A stretch of 64,000 nt of DNA, taken from an uncultured Acidobacteriota bacterium (GTDB lineage: Bacteria; Acidobacteriota; UBA6911). Position 1 is the stretch's first letter; every line of letters begins with the position of its first letter. Below are positions 51,790 through 60,256 of the stretch, one piece after another. Location: contig CAWJKZ010000014.1 of the NCBI GenBank assembly GCA_963843575.1, positions 64,001 to 128,000 on the forward strand, written 5' to 3'. Under the pieces are notes generated by a model. The model was not told the origin of the DNA and did not search any database. It saw only the letters and a program-made list of their open reading frames with translations. Position numbers and translations under genes: made by a program.

Positions 51790-51826
51790 CCCGACGGCCG
51801 CTGTCGGCGGCGCGAGCGAGGGGTGC

Positions 51827-53168
51827 ATGGAGTCCGCAGAGACACGCAGGGAAACGAAGAACATGCTGCTCAACGTGGGTCCGTCGCACCCCGCGATGCA
51901 CGGCGTCATTCGCCTCGTCACGGAACTCGAGGGGGAGACTGTCGTAAAGGTGGAGGCCGAGATAGGGTATCTCCACCGCGCGTTCGAAAAGAGCTGCGAG
52001 AACTCCAGCTGGACGCAGGCCATCCCCTACACCGACCGGTTGAACTACGTCTCGCCGCTGATCAACAACTTCGGCTACTGTGCGGCGGTCGAGAAGCTCC
52101 TGGACATCCAGCCCACCGAGCGGTGCCAGTACATCCGGGTGGTGATGAGCGAGATTTCCCGCATCACCGACCACCTGACGTGCGTCGCGGCCTCCGCGAT
52201 GGAACTCGGGGCGATGACCGCGTTCCTGTACCTCATGAAAGCCCGCGAGTATCTCTACGAAATCGTGGAGGAGGTGACCGGCGCCCGTCTGACGATCTCT
52301 TACGGACGCATCGGCGGTGTCAAAGGCGGATCTGCCCGAGGGGATCGGTGACAGGCTCGAGGTTGCGCTGAAGAAGGTCGAGAAAGAGATCTCCGAGGTC
52401 GACCGGCTCCTTACCCGCAACCGGATCTTCGTCGAGCGCACACGAGACATCGGCGTCCTCACGCGCGAAAACGCCCTCGGCTATGCGGTGACGGGGCCGT
52501 TGGCCCGGGCTTCGGGCGTCAACTACGACGTGCGGAAGGCCTTCCCCTATTTTGCCTACGACCGCGTCGAATTCGAGGTTCCCCTGGGCGAGCGGGGAGA
52601 CAACTACGACCGATACCTGGTCCGTATGGAGGAGATGCGACAGAGCATCAGGATCATCCGCCAGGCGATGCGAGACATGCCGGGCGGCCCGATCAACGTC
52701 GATGCGGCGGGGAAGGTCGTGGATTCCTTCGACCTGGTCGACCAGGCCAAGATGGGGCGCACCGCGGGACTGGTGAACGTCATCAGCAGGGTCGAGCCTA
52801 CCCTGGAAGGGATGGAACGGCCGTACCACGACCGTGTGATGCCGGACGACAAGCGGGTCGTGCTGCCGAGCAAAGGGGACACGTACGGTAACATCGAAGG
52901 TTTGATGAACCACTTCAAGCTGGTCATGGACTATCACGGGATCCGTCCACCCTGCGGGGACACCTATTTCGCCGTAGAGGGGGCGAATGGGGAACTGGGC
53001 TTCTACGTCGTGAGCGACGGCCAGGACCGGCCGTACCGGGTCCGTGTCCGCCCCCCCTGTTTTTTCGGCATGGCCGCCCTCCACACCATGCTCGAGGGGT
53101 ATATGGTCGCCGACATCATCGCCACGTTCGGCTCGATTAACATGATCGCCGGCGAGTTGGACCGGTAG
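51827..53168 (+). CDS. nuoD: NADH:quinone oxidoreductase subunit D (one +1 insertion near 52323)
   Basis: NVGPSHPAMHG, IGYLHR, DRLNY, EGANGELG and C-terminal IAGELDR; no NiFe CxxC motifs. Confidence 0.9.
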
Positions 53169-53193
53169 TCGCGCCCGCGGGGGCAGTCCGCTG

Positions 53194-54222
53194 ATGTCGA
53201 TCCTGTCGCCACAATTCCGCAACCGCCTCGGCCTGCTGAAAAGCTATGTCCTGCGGCAGTCCCACGTGCGCGGGGGACCGCTCACCCTCGCTATCGAGAG
53301 CACTGCCAAGTGCAACCTCTTCTGCCCGATGTGTCCTAGGGAGAACATCTACTTCCCGGCGCGCGACATGGAACTCGGCCTCTTTCGCAAGATCATCGAC
53401 GAGAGCAAGGATTTCCTGGAGTTCGCGGTGCCTTACGGAGTCGGCGAACCGCTGCTGAATCCCGAGATCTACGACATGATCGGCTATTGCCGTGAGCTCG
53501 GGGTGCCGACGGGTATTTCCACCAATGCCACGACCCTCACCGAAGACGCCAGCCGCCGCCTCATCAAGGCGGGGCTCGATTACATCATCTTCGCGTTTGA
53601 CGGAGCCACCGCCGAGACCTACGAGAAATACCGCAAGGGTGGGGATTTCGAGCGGGTGCGCGCCAACATCCTCAACTTTCTGAAGGTGAAAAAGGAGTTG
53701 CAGTCGTCGATCTTCTGCATCATCCAGATGGTGCGGCTAAACGAGAACCGGCACGAGGTCCCTGCGCTGATCCGCATGTGGCGCGTCGAGGGCATCGACG
53801 AGGTGCGGATCAAAAAAGACGAAGTGCACAACGACGGGAGTGCCATCCCGGGTGACGATGGGGACCGGCCGCCGATGCGACACCCGTGCTACCTGTTGTG
53901 GCGCGGCCCGATGTATATTCACTATGACGGCACCGTGTTTCCCTGCTGCTACATATATCCGGAGGAACCGGTGGGCAACGTGCGGAAAAACACGATGTCG
54001 GAGATCTGGAACTCCGAACGCATGGTTAAGCTGCGGGAGGCGCACATCAAAGGGGACCTCCACGACTATCGGGCCTGCCGGAACTGCCCGGCGGCGCGGC
54101 CACGCCTGCCGGTCACCCTCGGCAGTTTTCTGATCAACACTCACACGGTGCGTAAGGCGATTCCGTTTTTCGAGCGTCTCGCACAACTGCGCAACATTTC
54201 GGTGTTCGAGACCCTGAAATAG
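53194..54222 (+). CDS. Radical SAM protein with SPASM/twitch domain
   Basis: CNLFCPMC, GEPLL; C-terminal C...DG.V.PCC...GN...IWN...CRNC. Confidence 0.9.
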   Translation: MSILSPQFRNRLGLLKSYVLRQSHVRGGPLTLAIESTAKCNLFCPMCPRENIYFPARDMELGLFRKIIDESKDFLEFAVPYGVGEPLLNPEIYDMIGYCRELGVPTGISTNATTLTEDASRRLIKAGLDYIIFAFDGATAETYEKYRKGGDFERVRANILNFLKVKKELQSSIFCIIQMVRLNENRHEVPALIRMWRVEGIDEVRIKKDEVHNDGSAIPGDDGDRPPMRHPCYLLWRGPMYIHYDGTVFPCCYIYPEEPVGNVRKNTMSEIWNSERMVKLREAHIKGDLHDYRACRNCPAARPRLPVTLGSFLINTHTVRKAIPFFERLAQLRNISVFETLK

Positions 54223-54276
54223 GGTACGAAGGTGCCGCCGCCGGGTGGGCGCCGGACAAACATCCCGAGGACGGAC

Positions 54277-54675
54277 ATGCCCCAGACGAACAAGATCTTC
54301 AGTCTTTCGGAAGCCAATGAAGTCGTACCCGAGGTCGCTGACCTGACGGCGGATACGGTGAGACAGCTGGACGAGGTGCGCCAGCGGCACCGGCTCGAGC
54401 CGGCGGAGGGGCTAAACCCGCTGCCGGAGGCGGTCCTGAAGGAAGTCGAAGGGCTGTTGCGCAGCTGGTCCGAGCGCGTCGTGGAGCTGGGGGCAAGCCC
54501 GAAAGGCTATTTCACCGTCGACTTCCAGTCCGTCGATCCCGAGCTGCTGTACTGCTGGTCCTACGGGGAAGAGAAGATAGCGTTCACCCACAAGGTGTGG
54601 GAAAATTTCAGTCACCGGCGCCCGCTGGCGTCCAGCCTGGACGAGACTGCGGACCATTTGAAGTGGATCAACTGA
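54277..54675 (+). CDS. DUF2203-like protein
   Basis: FSLSEAN..P, VDF, CWSYGEE.I...H...F..RRPL. Confidence 0.7.
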   Translation: MPQTNKIFSLSEANEVVPEVADLTADTVRQLDEVRQRHRLEPAEGLNPLPEAVLKEVEGLLRSWSERVVELGASPKGYFTVDFQSVDPELLYCWSYGEEKIAFTHKVWENFSHRRPLASSLDETADHLKWIN

Positions 54676-54681
54676 ACTCAC

Positions 54682-55431
54682 GTGATAACTCTCAAATCGC
54701 GACGCGAGATTGACATAATGCGGCAGGCGAGCCGCATCGTCGGCGAGATCCTGCTGGAACTCAAGCAGCACTGCCACCCGGGCATCACAACGGACGAGCT
54801 CGACCGTATCGCTGACGAGCTTACCCGCAATAAAGGGGCGCAGTCCGCCTTCCGAGGATATCGAGGCTACCCACGCACGCTCTGCACCTCGATCAATCAA
54901 GAGGTGGTGCACGGAATCCCCGGGGACCGCGAACTGCTCGACGGGGACATCATCGGGCTCGATTTCGGCGTGACTTACGGCGGCTACTACGGCGACTCGG
55001 CGGTGACGGTGCCGATCGGGCGCATCGGTCCCGAGGTGGAGAAACTGCTGCGCGTGACTGAGGAGAGCCTGTATCTGGGGATCGAGCAGATGGTGCCGGG
55101 CAACCACCTGGCCGACATCTCGCGGGCGATCCAGGCACACGCCGAGTCGCACGGCTACTCCCTGGTCAAAGAATTCGGTGGCCATGGCATCGGCAGGCGC
55201 CTCCACGAAGACCCGATGGTTTTGAATTACGTCGTGAACGGCCGCGGCATCCGGCTGAAGCCCGGTCTAGTGCTTGCGATAGAGCCGATGGTCAACCTGG
55301 GCCGCGACAGCGTCCGCATCCTCGCGGACAACTGGACGGTTGTGACCGAGGACGGGAAACCGTCGGCCCACTTCGAGCATACGATCGCCATCACCGACAG
55401 TGGCCCCGAAATACTCAGCAAGGTGGAGTGA
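54682..55431 (+). CDS. map: Methionine aminopeptidase type I
   Basis: CTSINQEVVHGIP, GHGIG..LHEDP, AIEPM and SAHFEHT motifs. Confidence 0.95.
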   Translation: MITLKSRREIDIMRQASRIVGEILLELKQHCHPGITTDELDRIADELTRNKGAQSAFRGYRGYPRTLCTSINQEVVHGIPGDRELLDGDIIGLDFGVTYGGYYGDSAVTVPIGRIGPEVEKLLRVTEESLYLGIEQMVPGNHLADISRAIQAHAESHGYSLVKEFGGHGIGRRLHEDPMVLNYVVNGRGIRLKPGLVLAIEPMVNLGRDSVRILADNWTVVTEDGKPSAHFEHTIAITDSGPEILSKVE

Positions 55432-56306
55432 CTGTGGACAGGGGAGACCCGAACCTGCCCCTGGAAACGTTGGATGAGGGCGCGAGGCCGCGTCGAGCCG
55501 CCGCGGCTGGTGCGAGAGTGCTCGATACCATCCTCCCGTTCATGCGCTGCCCCGGCTGCGCGCGCGCACCACTCCGGCGCCGCGGCGACGGGGCGGGCTG
55601 CCCCGGTTGCGGCAAGACCTTTCCCATGCGCGACGGCATCCTCGACATGCTCGGCGAGGATGCCGTGGGGGTGATCACCCCTTTTCAGCGGGTGATGCAG
55701 ACCGGCCTGGTCGTTTCCATTTACGAAAACAGTTGGCGCCCAGCCGGCTACTTCCTCGCCAGTTCCCGGCCGTTTCGTGAGGAGGTGAAGACGATCCTGC
55801 GGCTCGCTGAACGGGCCGGCGGTGGCCGGGTCCTGGACCTGGCGTGCGGGACCGGCGTCTTCACGCGACCCCTCGCCCGCCGCTGGCCTGGCGTTGTGGT
55901 CGGCTTCGATTTGTCGCTGCCAATGCTGAGACGCGCCCGGCGACGGCTAGATCGTGAAGGCCTCGCCAACGTCGTTCTGATACGGGGAACCGTCTTTCGC
56001 CTCCCCTTCATCGCCGGCGCGTTCCCCTACGTCAACTGCTGCGGCGCGCTTCACCTGTTCGACAATCCCGATGAGGCCTTGGACGAAATTCGACGGGTGT
56101 CTGTCCCCGGCGCCCGGTTGTCGGTGCAGACGACGATCCGGCCTCTCCGCTCGGTCGGGATGGCCTACCTCCTGGAGCGTTTCATTCGGTTCGGTTTCTT
56201 CGAGGAAGCGGAGCTCCGGGAGAAGATGAGGGAGAAGGGATTTGCCCTTCTGGAAACGGAACGACACCGCATCAGTTTCACCTTCCTGGCCGAGCGGATT
56301 TCCTGA
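55428..56306 (+). CDS. SAM-dependent methyltransferase with an N-terminal Zn-ribbon (Trm112-like)
   Basis: CPGC...CPGC..F...DGI; VLDLACGTG; CCGALHLF. Confidence 0.82.
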   Translation: MTVDRGDPNLPLETLDEGARPRRAAAAGARVLDTILPFMRCPGCARAPLRRRGDGAGCPGCGKTFPMRDGILDMLGEDAVGVITPFQRVMQTGLVVSIYENSWRPAGYFLASSRPFREEVKTILRLAERAGGGRVLDLACGTGVFTRPLARRWPGVVVGFDLSLPMLRRARRRLDREGLANVVLIRGTVFRLPFIAGAFPYVNCCGALHLFDNPDEALDEIRRVSVPGARLSVQTTIRPLRSVGMAYLLERFIRFGFFEEAELREKMREKGFALLETERHRISFTFLAERIS

Positions 56307-56602
56307 ATCTCGTTGCTGACGGGAGTGTTATGATACTCGCGTGCCCCGTTCCGTGAGTGTGTGGCCGCCACCGGCGTCATGACGGGAGACCGAAGGGCGG
56401 ACCACGCGAGGGATACGCATACACGGCGCGGCGGGGACGGAAACAAACGTGGCAAGTCAATTAGAGGTCTGGGTGAGCCGCAGGACTCATGAGATTCCCG
56501 CAGCGGTGGGTTCGGACCCGGCCGGGTTTCCACCAGACAGCCGGCTGCCGGCGGAATCGGGGCGCGGCGATGAGAGAGGCCACAGCGTGGGGGAATGATG
56601 CC

Positions 56603-57565
56603 ATGCATATTCGAAAAACGAAGGAAGAGACCGAGCTGTTTTACGCTTATCTGCGCCAGAACGGTCTGAAGAAGACTCACCAGAAGGACTTGATACTCGA
56701 GACGTTTCTCACCACCGAAGGCCATCTGAGCGTCGAGGACATATACGCGCTGGTCAAGAAACGGGATAAGAAGGTCGGGATCGTCACCGTTTTCCGCACG
56801 CTCAAATCGCTGACGGCCTGCGGCATTGCCCGCGAGATCACCCTGGGGGACGGGTTGACCCGCTTCGAACACAGCTATCATCATCCCCATCATCATCACA
56901 TCGTCTGCACCGAGTGCCACAAAGCCATCGAGTTCGTCTCCCCTGAACTGGAACGGGTTCAGGGCGAAATTGTCGCCAAGTACCACTTTCAGCCCGTACA
57001 CCACCGTTTTCAGATCTACGGCGTATGCGAGGATTGCCGCGAGTGCCGCCCGGTTCCGGAGCACGTGATCAAGCACGACACCGAGAAGATATTCGCCCGC
57101 GACGCCCTGCGGATGGCCCTGGAGACTGCCCGGCGCGCTGCGGCGTTTTACCGGGACGCGGCGGAACGGAACCAGGACGCTGGGGGCCGCGTCCAGTTCC
57201 GGGGAATTGCGGAATCCACGTGGCGCCAGGTCGCCGCCCTGGAAACAGAGCTGGCCGAAGTGGAGAGTCAGGAACGTGGACTGGATCAGGCACCGATGTT
57301 CTTGCATTTCGATCCCGGGGATCTCGACAGGCTGGTTCCCGATCCGAGCCAGTACGCGGTCAACGGGGAGCTGACCCTTGACTCCAGGCGCGCTGCGGAA
57401 ATCGCGATGACGTTGCAGCGGCGCGCCGCGGGCTTTTTCCGCGAGTATGCTGACAAGTTCATGGAGAGTCACGGCAAACGGGTTTTCTTGCACTTCGCCG
57501 ACGAGGAGATGAAGCGCTGCGAGGAATTGGGCCGCGAGGCGGGCTCGGCCTTGGCCGTTGTATAG
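56603..57565 (+). CDS. Fur-family regulator fused to a ferritin/rubrerythrin-like domain
   Basis: GLKKTHQK, HLSVEDIY, TVFRTL, HHHHIVCTEC and GVCEDC; then ALRMALE...FY..AA helical-bundle repeats. Confidence 0.85.
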   Translation: MHIRKTKEETELFYAYLRQNGLKKTHQKDLILETFLTTEGHLSVEDIYALVKKRDKKVGIVTVFRTLKSLTACGIAREITLGDGLTRFEHSYHHPHHHHIVCTECHKAIEFVSPELERVQGEIVAKYHFQPVHHRFQIYGVCEDCRECRPVPEHVIKHDTEKIFARDALRMALETARRAAAFYRDAAERNQDAGGRVQFRGIAESTWRQVAALETELAEVESQERGLDQAPMFLHFDPGDLDRLVPDPSQYAVNGELTLDSRRAAEIAMTLQRRAAGFFREYADKFMESHGKRVFLHFADEEMKRCEELGREAGSALAVV

Positions 57566-57608
57566 GTCGCTTGCGCCGATGGGGCGCTTTGGCTAGTATT
57601 TTGGAGCT

Positions 57609-58100
57609 ATGAATCAACGACCGCTCGGGCTGCTGGAACGACTTTACGTCTTCGAAGTGGCCAGCGGCTTGGCGCTGACCGCCAGACATTTCTTCTCGAA
57701 CTTCTCCCGTCACGTCGCTCGGAGCGTCGGGATCAGGGTGGGGAAGGGGGCGACGGTTACCTACGAGTACCCCGAAGAGCGTCGCCCCTACGCCCGAAGG
57801 CTGCGCACCCGGCATCGCCTGACCCGGCGCGAGGACGGTTCGCCCCGCTGCGTCGCCTGCATGATGTGCGAAACCGTGTGCCCGGCCCGCTGCATTCACA
57901 TCGTCGCGGCCGAGCACCCCGATCCCAATGTCGAGAAGGTGCCGAAGGTCTTCGACATCGATATCGGGGTCTGCGTGTTCTGCGGTTTCTGCGTGGAGGC
58001 CTGCCCGGAAGACGCCATCCGGATGGACTCGGGCATCGTGGAACTCGCCTCCTACACCCGAGAGGGAATGATCTATCGCATGGACCAGTTGCTCGGCTGA
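57609..58100 (+). CDS. nuoI: NADH:quinone oxidoreductase subunit I
   Basis: TYEYPEE; CVACMMCETVCP and CVFCGFCVEACP (two 4Fe-4S clusters). Confidence 0.88.
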   Translation: MNQRPLGLLERLYVFEVASGLALTARHFFSNFSRHVARSVGIRVGKGATVTYEYPEERRPYARRLRTRHRLTRREDGSPRCVACMMCETVCPARCIHIVAAEHPDPNVEKVPKVFDIDIGVCVFCGFCVEACPEDAIRMDSGIVELASYTREGMIYRMDQLLG

Positions 58101-58141
58101 AGCCTCGGCCCCGGGCAGCACCACCCGAGAGAAATCCGCAC

Positions 58142-59224
58142 ATGTGGCCCCGTCGGAATCCCGGCACCCTCTTGTCAGCTTCGTCGCTCGTCCTGGTCCT
58201 GTTCGCCTGCGTGAGTTGTTCCGGGAAGAAGCCTGCCGAGGAGCCTAAAGTCGACGCCGCGAAGGGGCCGACGCCATTCAGACTCGTGTTTCCTCTGGGG
58301 CTGTCCCCCGACAGCGCAGTGATCCCTGCGGACAACCCCATGACCCTCGAAAAGCTGAAGCTCGGGAGACGGCTCTACTTCGAGAAGACCCTCTCCTCCG
58401 ACGGCACGCTCTCGTGCGCCAGCTGCCACATTCCGGAGAAGGGGTTCGCCGACCCGGAGCGATTCTCCAAGGGAGTGGGGGGCAGGAGGGGTACGCGGCA
58501 GGCTCCGACGGTCATCAATCGCATTTTCAGCGGCCGCCAGTTCTGGGATGGCCGCGCTGCCTCGCTCGAGGAGCAGGCAGCCGGTCCGGTGCAAAACCCG
58601 CTCGAAATGGGGATGCCTAATATGAAGGCCTTGGTCGAAAGGCTCAGGCGCGACCCCGGGTACGTCCGCATGTTCGAATCGGCTTTCCCCTCCGAGGGCG
58701 TGACCGAGGGGACGATCGCGAAGGCACTCGCCGCGTTCGAGCGCACCATCATGTCGGGCAACAGCCCATACGATCGGTTCATGGCCGGGGACAGGACGGC
58801 CATGAGCGAGTCCGCACAGCGGGGGCTGAAGCTGTTTCGTGACGAGAATCAGGGCAACTGCGAGACCTGCCATGTCTCGTTCAATTTCACCGATGAGAAC
58901 TACAACAACCTGGGGGTCGGGATGAGCGCCAAGAAGCCCGACCTGGGGAGATACCCCGTCACGAAGCTCGAAGGTCACCAGGGAGCCTTCAAGACCCCGA
59001 CGCTGCGCGAGATTGCCCGCACGGCGCCTTACATGCACGACGGGTCGGAAGAGACGCTCGAGCAGGTTATGGATTTGTACCAGCAGGGGGGCCACCCCAA
59101 CAGGTGGCTTTCGCCGAAAATGAAGCGCCTGCACCTCACCCCGCAAGAAAAGCAGGACATCCTGGAGTTCCTCGAGGCGCTCTCGGGGGAAGTGACTTGG
59201 TACGGCAAGGGCGAGCTGGAGTAG
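58142..59224 (+). CDS. Di-heme cytochrome c peroxidase/MauG-family lipoprotein
   Basis: CASCH and CETCH heme motifs; QFWDGRA, FKTPTLR and PYMHDG. Confidence 0.9.
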   Translation: MWPRRNPGTLLSASSLVLVLFACVSCSGKKPAEEPKVDAAKGPTPFRLVFPLGLSPDSAVIPADNPMTLEKLKLGRRLYFEKTLSSDGTLSCASCHIPEKGFADPERFSKGVGGRRGTRQAPTVINRIFSGRQFWDGRAASLEEQAAGPVQNPLEMGMPNMKALVERLRRDPGYVRMFESAFPSEGVTEGTIAKALAAFERTIMSGNSPYDRFMAGDRTAMSESAQRGLKLFRDENQGNCETCHVSFNFTDENYNNLGVGMSAKKPDLGRYPVTKLEGHQGAFKTPTLREIARTAPYMHDGSEETLEQVMDLYQQGGHPNRWLSPKMKRLHLTPQEKQDILEFLEALSGEVTWYGKGELE

Positions 59225-59237
59225 TCGTCCCGGGGGG

Positions 59238-60062
59238 TCAGGCTCCCGGAGAGGTCTTCAGGAAGCGCAGGGACTCCTTGAGCGGCCGGACGTCGAGGTT
59301 CTTGCGAACGGCGATCAGCTCCGCCGCGATGCTCACCGCGATCTCTTCCGGTGTTTCCGATCCGATCTCAAGGCCTACGGGTGCGTGAACGCGCTCGAAC
59401 AGGGCGGGATCGATCCCCTGTTTTTCCAGCGCTTCGAACAGGAGCCTGTTCTTGCGCCGGCTCCCCAGGAGGCCGACGTACCGGGCCGGGGACTGCACGG
59501 CATAGCGAAGGCAGGCAAGGTCGAAACGGTGGCCCCGGGTGGCGATCAGGATGTAGGAGGAGTCGTTGACCGGCAGTTGGGCGAACGCCTCATCCCAGGG
59601 GGCGACGTAGAGTGCCGCGCCGGGAAAACGCTCGGCGTTGGCGTATTTGATGCGGTCGTCGATCACGGCCACCTTGAAGCCGAGGGTCTGGACGATGCCG
59701 GCGACGCACTGCCCGATGTGGCCGGCGCCGAATACAAAAAGCAAAGGGTCGGGCAGAATCGGTTCCACGTAGACCTCCATGGTGCCACCGCAGAGCAGGC
59801 CGCTCTCTTCCGCGTCGTCTTCGGTGAGGTCGAAGCTCAGGAGTGCAGCCTTACCGGAGCGCATCACGGTCGACGCCAAGCGGCAGACTTCGGCCTCGGT
59901 GCACCCGCCGCCGATGCTCCCGGACAGCCGCCCGTCTTCGAGGATCAGCATTTTCGCGGCGTCCTTGCGCGGGGTGGAACCCTTGCGCCCGATGATCGTC
60001 GCCAGCGCTGCCCTGCGCCCTTGCCTGCGCAAGTCCACTATCTGTTCGTATAGGTCCGGCAT
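59238..60062 (-). CDS. xdhC: XdhC/CoxI-family molybdoenzyme maturation factor
   Basis: GSTPR, GSIGGGCTE, CGG, FGAGH, LGSRRK and ETPEEIAVSI motifs. Confidence 0.88.
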   Translation of the reverse strand: MPDLYEQIVDLRRQGRRAALATIIGRKGSTPRKDAAKMLILEDGRLSGSIGGGCTEAEVCRLASTVMRSGKAALLSFDLTEDDAEESGLLCGGTMEVYVEPILPDPLLFVFGAGHIGQCVAGIVQTLGFKVAVIDDRIKYANAERFPGAALYVAPWDEAFAQLPVNDSSYILIATRGHRFDLACLRYAVQSPARYVGLLGSRRKNRLLFEALEKQGIDPALFERVHAPVGLEIGSETPEEIAVSIAAELIAVRKNLDVRPLKESLRFLKTSPGA

Positions 60063-60256
60063 CGCCGGGATTATGCCTGTCGGCCCGGCCTCGGCGCAAG
60101 CGCGGCGTCCACGGGCCCGCGCCGGCAGGCTCGCTTGACTCTCCTGTTCACGGGGTATAACATCAATTTTTTGTCCGACTTGCATGAATCCGGGCCGGGT
60201 TCGGCAATGCCCTCCGGCTGATCGACAAACGAAAACCCGAGCAAAGAAGGTGGACC

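Noticed and set aside
51322-53168. Possible group 4 NiFe hydrogenase
   Set aside because: The large subunit lacks both CxxC Ni-binding motifs and has the complex I quinone-site residues
56439-56534. tRNA-Sec- or tRNA-Met-like appearance (GGAAAC...GGTTCG...GTTTCCACCA)
   Set aside because: No consistent D, anticodon or T arms can be built; kept only as part of the structured-leader candidate
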